Part shown: piece by piece, positions 36,298 to 45,619 of the stretch
Position numbering within the stretch: the stretch's first letter is position 1
Layout: the number at the start of each line of letters is the position of its first letter
Assembly (NCBI GenBank): GCA_964513645.1
Contig: CAZENF010000001.1
Span: forward strand, 200,022-264,021
Reading direction: 5' to 3'
Length of the DNA: 64,000 nt
Source: an uncultured Candidatus Saccharibacteria bacterium
GTDB taxonomy: Bacteria > Patescibacteriota > Minisyncoccia > 2-02-FULL-40-12 > GWA2-44-9
Notes under the pieces: model-generated
The model's database searches: none
What the model saw: only the letters and a program-made list of their open reading frames with translations
What the model was told of the DNA's origin: nothing
Translations under genes and position numbers: made by a program

Positions 36298-37164
36298 ATG
36301 AACGAAAATTACCGTAAGGTCGAGCACAAGAGAACCTTGGCTGATCATCTTATCAGCGGTTTTAATGTTGCCCGCTATTCCCTGACCGAACCGGTAAGAT
36401 TAAAACTCGCCCGGAAAAAATATTCCCACTTTTACACGGATAAGAACTCTAAACCACTGATCTCGATAGTTCTGCCGACTTACCGCCGCTGGAAATTGCT
36501 GACAGAGCGGTGTATCCCCCCGATACTTTCTCAAACCTATACAAATTTTGAACTTATCATAATCGGCGACAGTAAGCTCGACGGACACACACCCGGAGAT
36601 ACCGCCCAGCTTCTGAAACAGATGAGGGATCCAAGAATTAAGTTCGTGGATATCCCGGAATATACAAAATACCCCAAGGAAACCAAGTCACGCTGGTTCG
36701 TCGGAGGTGTCCCCGCCCGAAATGAAGGTTTTAAAAAAGTCCACGGAACGTGGATAGCAGAATTGGATGATGATGATGTATTTCTCCCCGATCACCTTGA
36801 ATCGCTTTTGAAATTTGCCCAGAAAGGTGACCATGAATTCGTTTCAGCCTCTTATATCACCTATCGCAACGGCCAGGAAACTTTAGTCGACGTCAAAGAT
36901 ATGAAAGCTCCTCGCATCGGCGGGGTGGAAACCTGGCTTTACCGCTCTTATCTTAGTTTATTCAAAGCAAACATAAATGCCTGGCGGAAAGGAAATAACC
37001 GTCCCCAGGATCTCGACCGTCAGGACCGGATGATAAGGGCCGGTGTTCGTTTCGGATTTTTGGACCAGGTCGTCTCAAAAGTATTACCTCTGCCAGGCAA
37101 TAATACTATCGGGGTTGATGCATTGAATAGCGCCCGTTACGCCAAAGATGGCGCTAAACCTTAA
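36298..37164 (+). CDS. Glycosyltransferase family 2
   Basis: 288 aa; LISIVLPTYRRW, FELIIIGDS, and ELDDDD (DxD). Confidence 0.8.
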   Translation: MNENYRKVEHKRTLADHLISGFNVARYSLTEPVRLKLARKKYSHFYTDKNSKPLISIVLPTYRRWKLLTERCIPPILSQTYTNFELIIIGDSKLDGHTPGDTAQLLKQMRDPRIKFVDIPEYTKYPKETKSRWFVGGVPARNEGFKKVHGTWIAELDDDDVFLPDHLESLLKFAQKGDHEFVSASYITYRNGQETLVDVKDMKAPRIGGVETWLYRSYLSLFKANINAWRKGNNRPQDLDRQDRMIRAGVRFGFLDQVVSKVLPLPGNNTIGVDALNSARYAKDGAKP

Positions 37165-37199
37165 TCGCCGTAACTTATTTACGTTACGGCAAAAGACTG

Positions 37200-38765
37200 A
37201 TGAAAAAGCGTATAATCGCCCGTCTTGACATAAAAGGACCTAACGTCATCAAGGGCGTACAATTTGAATGTCTTAGAGTAATGGGAAAACCAGCCGATTT
37301 GGCTCAAAAATATTACGAACAAGGAGCGGATGAAATAATCTATTTGGACACTGTTGCCAGTCTCTACCGGCGAAATAATATTTTAAATATCGTCAAAGAA
37401 GCATCCCAGAATATTTTTATCCCTTTCATTGCGGGTGGAGGTGTAAGAACCTTGGAGGATATCCGTTCTCTTCTGGCCGCTGGTGCCGAAAAAGTTGCGA
37501 TCAATACCGCCGCCACTAAAAATCCAGAACTCATCCGACAAGCCGCAAAAAGATTTGGCTCTCAATGTATTGTGCTTTCCATCGAAGCTAAACTTATCTC
37601 GCCCGGCAAATGGGAAGCTTATACGGACAATGGCAGACAACGAACCGGACTTGATGTTGTTAACTGGGCCAAACACGGTGAAAAACTCGGGGCCGGAGAA
37701 ATCTTGCTTACTTCAGTGGATATGGACGGGACAGAAAGAGGTTTAGACCTTGAACTTATCCGGGCTGTAACCGAATCTGTTTCTATCCCAGTTATTGCGT
37801 CAGGCGGCATCGGTTCAGTTGAAGATATTTCTGAATGTCTGAAAGGGACAAAAACTGATGCAGTAGCCACAGCAAGTATTCTTCATTACAACAAATCAGA
37901 TATTCCGGCGATAAAAAAAGAACTGATTAAAAACAGAATCGAGGTCAGGCCTGTGACGGATCTAAAGGACCGAAAAAACCAGAATACCAAATACGACAGC
38001 AAAAATTACAACAAACACACTCTGAAACATTTAAGAGGAGTCATCGGCTCTTCAGTCGACCGAATAGATCAGAAACAAAATATCCGGACACTCGAAAAGG
38101 ATTATCCTAAAGGGACGGCTGACATCGGCATAATTGATTACAAAATAAACAATGTAATGAGCGTGGTGAGGGCTTTCCAGAAAATAGGTCAAAAAATTTC
38201 TATTATCGAAAAACCTTCCGAACTTCGCCAAGTAAAAGCACTGGTCCTGCCCGGAGTGGGATCATTCGGAGACGGCATGAAAGCATTGAACGGATCAAAA
38301 TTCGTTGAACCTTTGAGACAGCTCGCTAAACAAGGCGTGCCTGTCTTGGGCATATGTCTCGGAATGCAGATGCTTTTTTCGGAAAGCCAGGAATTCGGCA
38401 AACATAAGGGCCTGGGTCTCGTTCCCGGAAAAGTAATCCCCTTCAAGCCCGTCGGCCAGGTCAGGTTGAACGATTATAAACTTCCTCATATCGGCTGGAA
38501 TAAAACTACCGCCACATCTCGAAAGACATCTGCTCTTATGTCGGGCATCAATGATTCCGACGTATATTTTGTACATTCCTTTTACCCCAAGCCGGAAAAT
38601 AAAGACATTGTTATTGGTACAACAGAATACGGAGACCAGAAATTCTGCGCTGTATTCCAAAAAGACAACATCATGGGCGCACAATTTCACCCTGAAAAAA
38701 GCGGAGAAGTGGGGTTGACCCTTTTAAGAAATTTCTGTAAAATAATTTCTGTTAAAAATAATTAG
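37200..38765 (+). CDS. Fused imidazole-glycerol-phosphate-synthase-like protein: HisF-type cyclase domain (N-terminal) plus HisH-type class I glutamine amidotransferase domain (C-terminal); WbuZ/WbuY-like
   Basis: 521 aa. N-terminal IIARLDIKG...GADEIIYLD...IAGGGVRT...SIPVIASGGIG follows the HisF pattern. C-terminal VLPGVGSFGDG...GICLGMQMLF...VHSFY...QFHPEKS gives the GATase Cys-His-Glu triad. A roughly 60-aa linker joins the two. Confidence 0.85.
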   Translation: MKKRIIARLDIKGPNVIKGVQFECLRVMGKPADLAQKYYEQGADEIIYLDTVASLYRRNNILNIVKEASQNIFIPFIAGGGVRTLEDIRSLLAAGAEKVAINTAATKNPELIRQAAKRFGSQCIVLSIEAKLISPGKWEAYTDNGRQRTGLDVVNWAKHGEKLGAGEILLTSVDMDGTERGLDLELIRAVTESVSIPVIASGGIGSVEDISECLKGTKTDAVATASILHYNKSDIPAIKKELIKNRIEVRPVTDLKDRKNQNTKYDSKNYNKHTLKHLRGVIGSSVDRIDQKQNIRTLEKDYPKGTADIGIIDYKINNVMSVVRAFQKIGQKISIIEKPSELRQVKALVLPGVGSFGDGMKALNGSKFVEPLRQLAKQGVPVLGICLGMQMLFSESQEFGKHKGLGLVPGKVIPFKPVGQVRLNDYKLPHIGWNKTTATSRKTSALMSGINDSDVYFVHSFYPKPENKDIVIGTTEYGDQKFCAVFQKDNIMGAQFHPEKSGEVGLTLLRNFCKIISVKNN

Positions 38766-38775
38766 CCCGTCCTCA

Positions 38776-40053
38776 ATGGATATAAAATTAAAATTTCCAT
38801 CTCTCAAAATAGACGAGAAAAAGTACAAAAATTACCCGTTTAAAACGGTTGACCGTCAGTTGGCGATATTGCCGAAAAAAGTTCAGTTCTGTGCAAAATG
38901 CATCATGTCAAATCAAAGGCCAAGAACCGATTTTGATTATGAAGGAGTTTGCAACGCCTGCCGGTATGCCGAACAAAAATTCGGCGGCAAGATCGACTGG
39001 GGAAAAAGAGAAAAAGAACTTGTCAGACTTCTGGATAAATACCGCTCTAAGGACGGCAGCTGGGATGTCGTTGTTCCGGGCAGCGCAGGCAAGGACAGCA
39101 GTTTGGTCACGGACCAGCTCAAAAAATACGGCATGCACCCGTTAGCTGTAACCTGGGCGCCATTCATATATACCGATATCGGCTGGCAGAATTACTTCAA
39201 TATGATCCAGGCCGGATTCGACGGTATTCTGGCTTGGCCCAACGGAATTTTGCACCGCAAACTGGCTAGGGTTGCTTTTGAATTAAAAGGCGACCCGTGG
39301 GAACCTTTCACCTTCGGTCAGAAGGCCTATGCTTTCCAGATCGCGGCCAAATTCAAGATCCCTCTGATGTTCTACGGTGAGAACGGAGAGGTGGAATACG
39401 GAGGTTCCTTCAAGAACGCAAACAAACCTTATGAGTCGCCGGATGACTGGGATGAACTGTACTTTAAAGGCGCGGGCATAGATGTCCTCTTACAGGAAGG
39501 ATATAAGATGGGGATTTTCACCAAAGAAGAACTGGCCAACAATCAGTTCGAGCTTTACAAACCGCCTCCGAAAAAAGATATCAAAGACCTCGGACTTCAG
39601 ATGCATTGGTGGTCATATTACAAACTTTGGGTCCCGCAGGAGAATTTTTACTATGCGGCAAAAAATACAGGATTTGAAGCAAGTCCGACCCGCACCGAAG
39701 GCACTTATACCAAATCTTTCAGTATTGATGACCGTCTCGACCCGTTTCACTGGTATCTGGCTTACGTTAAATTTGGTTACGGCCGGGCAACCCGTGAAGC
39801 ATGCAGTGATATAAGATGCGGCCACATAACCCGAGAAGAGGGCGTAGCTTTGGCCCAACGGTACGACCACGAATTCCCAAAAACATATTTCCACGAATTT
39901 TTGGCTTATCTCGATATAAGTGAAAAACATTTCTGGGAGATTCTTGAGAAATACCGTTCTCCGCGTGTGTGGACCAAAGAAAACAATAAATGGAAGCGTA
40001 AAATAATAGTTTCCAATAAAAGCGTTTATGGCGAAAAACCCAAACACGAATAA
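38776..40053 (+). CDS. N-acetyl sugar amidotransferase (WbpG/PseA/LfnA family, PP-loop ATP pyrophosphatase)
   Basis: 425 aa; N-terminal zinc-ribbon CAKC...CNAC and PP-loop VVPGSAGKDSS (SGGKDS-type). Confidence 0.85.
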   Translation: MDIKLKFPSLKIDEKKYKNYPFKTVDRQLAILPKKVQFCAKCIMSNQRPRTDFDYEGVCNACRYAEQKFGGKIDWGKREKELVRLLDKYRSKDGSWDVVVPGSAGKDSSLVTDQLKKYGMHPLAVTWAPFIYTDIGWQNYFNMIQAGFDGILAWPNGILHRKLARVAFELKGDPWEPFTFGQKAYAFQIAAKFKIPLMFYGENGEVEYGGSFKNANKPYESPDDWDELYFKGAGIDVLLQEGYKMGIFTKEELANNQFELYKPPPKKDIKDLGLQMHWWSYYKLWVPQENFYYAAKNTGFEASPTRTEGTYTKSFSIDDRLDPFHWYLAYVKFGYGRATREACSDIRCGHITREEGVALAQRYDHEFPKTYFHEFLAYLDISEKHFWEILEKYRSPRVWTKENNKWKRKIIVSNKSVYGEKPKHE

Positions 40054-40762
40054 AAACTTGGCGATAATTCCGGCCCGTTCAGGTTCAAAAGGCATACCCG
40101 GAAAAAATATTAAACAATTCTGCGGCAAGCCCCTTATCGCTCACACGATAGACCAGGCAAAGAAAAGCAGAATTTTTGACCGGATATTGGTTGATACCGA
40201 CAGTGCCAAGATATCCTCGATCGCCCGTAAATATGGAGCCGAAACCCCTTTCTTAAGACCGGCCGAACTGGCCGGAGACAAAGCCCAGGTCACAGATGCA
40301 GTTCTGCTTTTGCTTGAACGCCTTAAGAGTTCAGAAAATTACGCTCCTGATGTAATTACTCTCCTTCAGACCACTTCTCCTCTCCGCGAAGTATCCGATA
40401 TTTTGAACTGCGCAAAACTTATCGCCGATCCGAAGGTCCGGTCGCTCTGCACGATCTGCGAGACACATCACCGTCTTTATCATTTATCTTCTGAAGGAAA
40501 GCTCATCCTGGTTAATAGGCCAAATCATGACAATCAAAACCGTCAGGCCTGGCCTGAATGCTATATCCTGAACGGCTGCATGGTTTACATGGTCCGCACC
40601 GGGCATTTTATAGAAACACGTAAATTCGTCGACGAAAATACCTATGGTGTTACTTGCGATAAATGGCGTTCGGTAGATCTCGATAATCCGGCAGACTGGG
40701 TATTGGCCGAAACACTTTATAAGAATAAAAGCAAAATCAATGCCAAACTTAAAAAAATATAA
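40028..40762 (+). CDS. Acylneuraminate (CMP-nonulosonic acid) cytidylyltransferase, NeuA/LegF/PseF family
   Basis: LAIIPARSGSKGIPGKN, the canonical CMP-NeuAc synthetase N-terminus. The ATG at 40028 overlaps the upstream gene by 26 nt. A TTG at 40058 is an alternative start. Confidence 0.85.
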   Translation: MAKNPNTNKNLAIIPARSGSKGIPGKNIKQFCGKPLIAHTIDQAKKSRIFDRILVDTDSAKISSIARKYGAETPFLRPAELAGDKAQVTDAVLLLLERLKSSENYAPDVITLLQTTSPLREVSDILNCAKLIADPKVRSLCTICETHHRLYHLSSEGKLILVNRPNHDNQNRQAWPECYILNGCMVYMVRTGHFIETRKFVDENTYGVTCDKWRSVDLDNPADWVLAETLYKNKSKINAKLKKI

Positions 40763-41774
40763 ATTTTTCCAGATCGGACTCGGTTCAATGGGCAAGAGAA
40801 GGATCCGCAACCTCATTTATCACGGTATTCTACCGGAACAGATAATAGGTTTTGATGTGCGGCCCGACCGGATAGCCGAAGCGGTAAAATTGCATAAAAT
40901 AATTCCAGTGAAAAGTTTCAAAGAAGGAATAAATAAATTCCGTCCGGATGTATTTATCATTTCAACCCCGCCCAATACTCACTGGGGATATTTCCTGACG
41001 GCCGCCCGCCTGAAGAAACACTTTTTTGTCGAGCATCCGACAACTGATAAAGGGTACGCGGAACTTTCCCGGCTTATGGATGGAACTTTTGTGGGTGTAC
41101 CGTCATCAACTTTGCAATTCAACTCGGCAGTAAGAGAGGCGAAAAAACAGCTCGAAAATAACGCCATCGGAAAAATATTGTCCTTTCAATATCATTTGGG
41201 CCAATATCTTCCAGACTGGCATCCTTGGGAGGATTTTAGGAACGTATACTTTTCTAAAAAGATAACCGGCGCCTGCCGGGAAATGTTCGCCTTCGAACTG
41301 GTCTGGCTGACCTATGCTCTTAATCTTCCCGAGATACATAAAATATCCGGCGTAAACAAGAAACTGTCGGACCTCAAAATGGCGGCGGATGATTTTTACT
41401 CTTATATCGCCGAATTCAAGAACGGAGTTATGGGTACAGTGGTTATCGACCTTCTTTCCAGAACGCCATTCAGAACTTTGCGGATTATCGGCACAGAAGG
41501 TGTACTTGATTGGGAATGGCAAAAATACGAAATGAGAATATTCAACATCAAAGACAAGAAAACCAAAATAATCAATTTTAAACCCGGTCACCGGGAAAAA
41601 CACTATATCGCCACCGAAGATATGTACGAAGAAGAGATAGGAAATTTTTTAGATGCGATAATGGGTAAGAAAAAATATAAATTTAGCTTTAAAGATAATC
41701 AAAAACACCTGAAAGCTCTGCTTGCACTCGAAAAAAGTTCTAAGACAGGAAAAAACATAGTTATAAAATATTAA
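40740..41774 (+). CDS. NAD(P)-binding Rossmann oxidoreductase (Gfo/Idh/MocA-like)
   Basis: 344 aa; FFQIGLGSMGKRRIRNL N-terminal dinucleotide-binding motif. Confidence 0.5.
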   Translation: MPNLKKYKFFQIGLGSMGKRRIRNLIYHGILPEQIIGFDVRPDRIAEAVKLHKIIPVKSFKEGINKFRPDVFIISTPPNTHWGYFLTAARLKKHFFVEHPTTDKGYAELSRLMDGTFVGVPSSTLQFNSAVREAKKQLENNAIGKILSFQYHLGQYLPDWHPWEDFRNVYFSKKITGACREMFAFELVWLTYALNLPEIHKISGVNKKLSDLKMAADDFYSYIAEFKNGVMGTVVIDLLSRTPFRTLRIIGTEGVLDWEWQKYEMRIFNIKDKKTKIINFKPGHREKHYIATEDMYEEEIGNFLDAIMGKKKYKFSFKDNQKHLKALLALEKSSKTGKNIVIKY

Positions 41775-42836
41775 ATGCCCAAAAACCTTAAAATTGGCAA
41801 CCATATTATCGGACCTCGCGAGCCGGTTTTTATCATTGCCGAGGCCGGAGTAAACCATAACGGACGCCTTGACCTTGCCCTGAAGCTGATAGACGCCGCC
41901 GCCGATGCGGGAGCAGATGCGGTCAAATTCCAGACATTTAAAGCGGAGCAGGTCACGATTGGCAGTGGTGAAATGGCCGATTATCAAAAAAGAAATATAG
42001 GCAAAACAATGTCCCAAATAGAGATGGTCCGCGGATTGGAAATTAAAGACGCTTGGTACCGTGCCCTCTTACGACATTGTAACAAGAAAAATATAATTTT
42101 TATGTCCGCTCCTCATGGCCACACCGTAAGCGCGGATCTTCTCAAAAAACTAAGACTTAAAGTTTACAAGATAGCTTCCGGCGACCTGATCAACCGTCCC
42201 CTTTTGGAACATGTTGCGCACTTTGATAAGCCGATGATAATTTCAAGCGGCATGGCTGATATGGCCGAAGTTAAAGAAGCTGTCGCCTGGGTTAAAAAGG
42301 CAGATAACGACAAAGTGGTGGTCCTTCATTGCACAACAAACTATCCATGCCCGGCTGAAGAAGTTAACTTGGCCGCAATGCAGACAATAATGAAACAACT
42401 TCCTGGGATTCCCGTCGGTTATTCCGACCACACCCGAGACAATCAGGCGAGTCTGATGGCGGTAACCCTCGGAGCGTGTGTCATAGAAAAACATCTGACT
42501 CTGGATAAAAATTTACCAGGACCTGATCATAAAGGCTCGCTCGAACCCGAAGAATTTAAAGCATTTGTGAAAGCGCTCCGAAACGTTTCAGTAATTTTAG
42601 GCAGTCCCGACAAAAAACCCAATAAAAGCGAACTTGAAACAATGAGAATAGTCCGCAAAAGCATTGTAACCACTGCCGCTATCAGAAAGGGTGAAAAATT
42701 AACGGAAAAAAATCTTGGCATCAAGCGTCCGGGAAACGGTATTCATCCGAAATACTACCACTCTCTGCTTGGCAAGAAGGCCAATAGAGATATTGCAAAC
42801 GACGTTCTGTTGGTTAAACAAGATATAAATGAGTAA
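41775..42836 (+). CDS. N-acetylneuraminate-synthase-family enzyme (NeuB/LegI/PseI; nonulosonic acid synthase) with C-terminal SAF domain
   Basis: 353 aa; FIIAEAGVNHNG...AGADAVKFQTF, TIM-barrel aldolase motifs of NeuB. Confidence 0.9.
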   Translation: MPKNLKIGNHIIGPREPVFIIAEAGVNHNGRLDLALKLIDAAADAGADAVKFQTFKAEQVTIGSGEMADYQKRNIGKTMSQIEMVRGLEIKDAWYRALLRHCNKKNIIFMSAPHGHTVSADLLKKLRLKVYKIASGDLINRPLLEHVAHFDKPMIISSGMADMAEVKEAVAWVKKADNDKVVVLHCTTNYPCPAEEVNLAAMQTIMKQLPGIPVGYSDHTRDNQASLMAVTLGACVIEKHLTLDKNLPGPDHKGSLEPEEFKAFVKALRNVSVILGSPDKKPNKSELETMRIVRKSIVTTAAIRKGEKLTEKNLGIKRPGNGIHPKYYHSLLGKKANRDIANDVLLVKQDINE

Positions 42837-43947
42837 CTTGAGGAAAAAATTGCTTTTCGTAACCGGTACCCGCGCCGAATATGGCTTGGCCAGAGCTACG
42901 CTTTTAGAATTGGCAAAGCTTAACTCCATAGATTTGAGGACTTTGGCCACCGGTATGCACACTTTAAAAAAATATGGCCTGACCCTGAATGAGATCAAAA
43001 AAGACATTAAAATTAACTGTATTGTGCCGATAAAAGAATCGGACGACATGATAACGGCTTTGACAAAAGAGATCAATGGTATTCAAGGATACGTTCAAAA
43101 AGAAAAAATTGACACAATAATCATTATCGGAGACCGGGACGAAGCATTTGCCGCGGCAACGGTCGGAGTACATTTGGGTATTCCTGTGATTCATGTGTCC
43201 GGCGGAGATGTTTCAGGGCCTTCCGTCGACCATTACTTACGCAATGCCATTACCGTTTTTTCTAAGCTCCACCTTGTTCAAACCGAACAGGCCGCCAAAA
43301 ACGTGATACGCCTGGGAGCAGATCCGAAAACAGTTCATGTCGTCGGTTCGATGGGTCTCCACGGATTAAACGGAAAAAATTTAAAAAACCGGAACGAGAT
43401 AGCCAGAGGAATCGGGCTTGATGCAAAAATGCCTTGGTATCTTATCGCCTATCATCCGACCATTTTCAGCAAAACAGGATTTCAAGAACAGATAGAACCG
43501 GTTCTTTCAGCCCTTAAAGACTTGGGTGAAAAAAGTGAAAAGATAATAATATATCCGAATTCTGATATGGGTTCGGATGTCTTCATAAAAAACGTTGAGA
43601 AACTCAGGAAAAATTCGCGCTATCACATCTTCAGAAACCTTGGCCGGGAATCATTTTTAGCCGCCCTTTATCACAGCGAAGCAATGATAGGCAACTCGAG
43701 CGCCGGGCTTTTTGAAGCCGGTTTCCTCAAAAAACCCTTCATAAATATCGGTGAAAGACAGGCCGGACGCGAGCAGGGACCAAATGTTATGAATGTCGGA
43801 TATAAAGCCGGGTCAATTACAAAAGCCGTCAAAAATTCTTCGTCTGCCAAATTCAAAACCAAGCTTGCTAATTCCCTTTCCCTCTATCAAGGTGGCGATG
43901 TGGCCGGCAAGATAGCCGATATAATTGAAAAATTCCTTCATGAATAA
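42829..43947 (+). CDS. UDP/GDP-N-acetylglucosamine 2-epimerase (hydrolysing), NeuC/LegG-like
   Basis: 372 aa; LLFVTGTRAEYGLARA, GDRDEAFAAA and HVSGGDVSG, typical of hydrolysing 2-epimerases. Confidence 0.85.
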   Translation: MSNLRKKLLFVTGTRAEYGLARATLLELAKLNSIDLRTLATGMHTLKKYGLTLNEIKKDIKINCIVPIKESDDMITALTKEINGIQGYVQKEKIDTIIIIGDRDEAFAAATVGVHLGIPVIHVSGGDVSGPSVDHYLRNAITVFSKLHLVQTEQAAKNVIRLGADPKTVHVVGSMGLHGLNGKNLKNRNEIARGIGLDAKMPWYLIAYHPTIFSKTGFQEQIEPVLSALKDLGEKSEKIIIYPNSDMGSDVFIKNVEKLRKNSRYHIFRNLGRESFLAALYHSEAMIGNSSAGLFEAGFLKKPFINIGERQAGREQGPNVMNVGYKAGSITKAVKNSSSAKFKTKLANSLSLYQGGDVAGKIADIIEKFLHE

Positions 43948-45616
43948 ATTTCCAAAAATAAAATTTGAAGACAATCAGATACATTCGACTTACAGCGACG
44001 GCCAAAGAACATTGGAAGAAATATTTGAATACAACCATTATCATGACAAGCTTGATATAACTCTGACCGATCATGTCGACAAGAATACGGATTGGTTCGA
44101 TAAGTATGTGGAAAATATAAAAAAGCTCAGAAAAAAATACCCTTCATTCTCGGCCAAGATAGGATGTGAAGTTAAGATCTTGGACGACGGGACACTGAAT
44201 ACAACAGCCGATATACTCAAAAAGGCCGAAGTCGTTATCGGCAGCGTTCATAATTTCAAAAACATTAAAACCCTAAGTGCAGATGAGTTGGTCAAGGAAG
44301 AATACCGATTAACAAAGGTCTTGGCGGAAAACAAAAAAATAGACATCCTCGGACACCCGTTCAGTATGGCCAAGAGGTTCTTTAATGCCGAACCACCTTT
44401 AAAGTATATGAGGGATATCTACGAAATCTGCGTTAAGAGCGGGATAAAGTTCGAATATAACAAGAAAAATTCACCAGAAAATGTCAAAAAGTTCATACTG
44501 GAGAAAATAGCCGAAGGAAAGATAGATACTTTTTCTTTCGGGAGCGATATGCATGCCGCTCTTTCTGAAATCGGCAATTCTGCTTTTGATATTTCTCCGG
44601 CCGTTAATGTTCTGGTTACCGGCGCGGGAGCCGGAGTCGGCCAGAGTATTATAAAATCTTTGAAATTATCCAATCTGAAGATACGGATAATCAGCGCCGA
44701 CAATAGCCATTTGGCCGCCGGGTTATACAGAAGTGACGCCGCCTATCTTATCCCCAAATACGACGAGAAGGATTATATTCCACGGATAATAGAAATCTGT
44801 AAAAAAGAAAGGGTAAATGTGGTCCTCATCGGAACGGATGTAGAACTTGGAATAATTGCTAAAAATAAAAAATATATCGAATCGGGAACAGGAGCATATG
44901 CCGCAGTAAGTCACCCGGAAACAGTGGCGATCGCGGATGATAAATGGAAAACCGCCGAGTTTCTGAAAAAGAACGGTTTCCCATACCCTCGCTCCTGGTC
45001 AGGCCCAAATGAAAAAGCGTTAGAAAAACTTAAATACCCGGTAATAGTAAAGCCCAGAATCGGCGCACGTTCTATCGGATTCAAGATAATAAATACAAGA
45101 AAAGAACTTAAGGCCGAACTGTCAGCTTCTCCAAATCTTATCGTACAGGAACTCCTTTCGGGTGAAAACAAAGAATACACCTGCGGAACCCTATTCTTAG
45201 GTGGTAAAAATTACGGGGTTGTTCCTGCACAGCGTTGGCTCCGGAACGGCGATACTTACAAAGCTTATTTCAGACACGACAAAAAACTGGAAAAATTCAT
45301 TTCTTCTGTCGGCAAAAAATTAAAAATAGACGGTCCGTGCAATTTCCAATTAAGAAAGACCCTCCGCGGGCCGGTGATATTCGAAATAAATGCCCGTTTT
45401 TCCGGCACTTCCGGCGCGGCAAGTTTTCTTGGATTTAACGGCGCAAATGCTCTTATCCAGCATAAGATCTTTGGCCGCAGGATAACCGGTCTTGATTTTA
45501 AAGAGGCGCGGATGTTCCGGTATTGGAACGAGGTTTTCGCTGAAAATTCGAATACGGAATCCTTGGCTAAAAACCGACGGCACGATGAAATTAATTCCGA
45601 GATAAATATTTTCTAA
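43925..45616 (+). CDS. Two-domain fusion: N-terminal PHP-type (histidinol-phosphatase-like) metal-dependent phosphoesterase plus C-terminal ATP-grasp ligase
   Basis: 563 aa. PHP motifs IHSTYSDG, ITLTDHVD, GCEV and IGSVHNF. ATP-grasp part YPVIVKPRIGARSIGF, LIVQELLSG and FEINARFSG. Confidence 0.65.
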   Translation: MKNSFMNKFPKIKFEDNQIHSTYSDGQRTLEEIFEYNHYHDKLDITLTDHVDKNTDWFDKYVENIKKLRKKYPSFSAKIGCEVKILDDGTLNTTADILKKAEVVIGSVHNFKNIKTLSADELVKEEYRLTKVLAENKKIDILGHPFSMAKRFFNAEPPLKYMRDIYEICVKSGIKFEYNKKNSPENVKKFILEKIAEGKIDTFSFGSDMHAALSEIGNSAFDISPAVNVLVTGAGAGVGQSIIKSLKLSNLKIRIISADNSHLAAGLYRSDAAYLIPKYDEKDYIPRIIEICKKERVNVVLIGTDVELGIIAKNKKYIESGTGAYAAVSHPETVAIADDKWKTAEFLKKNGFPYPRSWSGPNEKALEKLKYPVIVKPRIGARSIGFKIINTRKELKAELSASPNLIVQELLSGENKEYTCGTLFLGGKNYGVVPAQRWLRNGDTYKAYFRHDKKLEKFISSVGKKLKIDGPCNFQLRKTLRGPVIFEINARFSGTSGAASFLGFNGANALIQHKIFGRRITGLDFKEARMFRYWNEVFAENSNTESLAKNRRHDEINSEINIF

Positions 45617-45619
45617 CCC

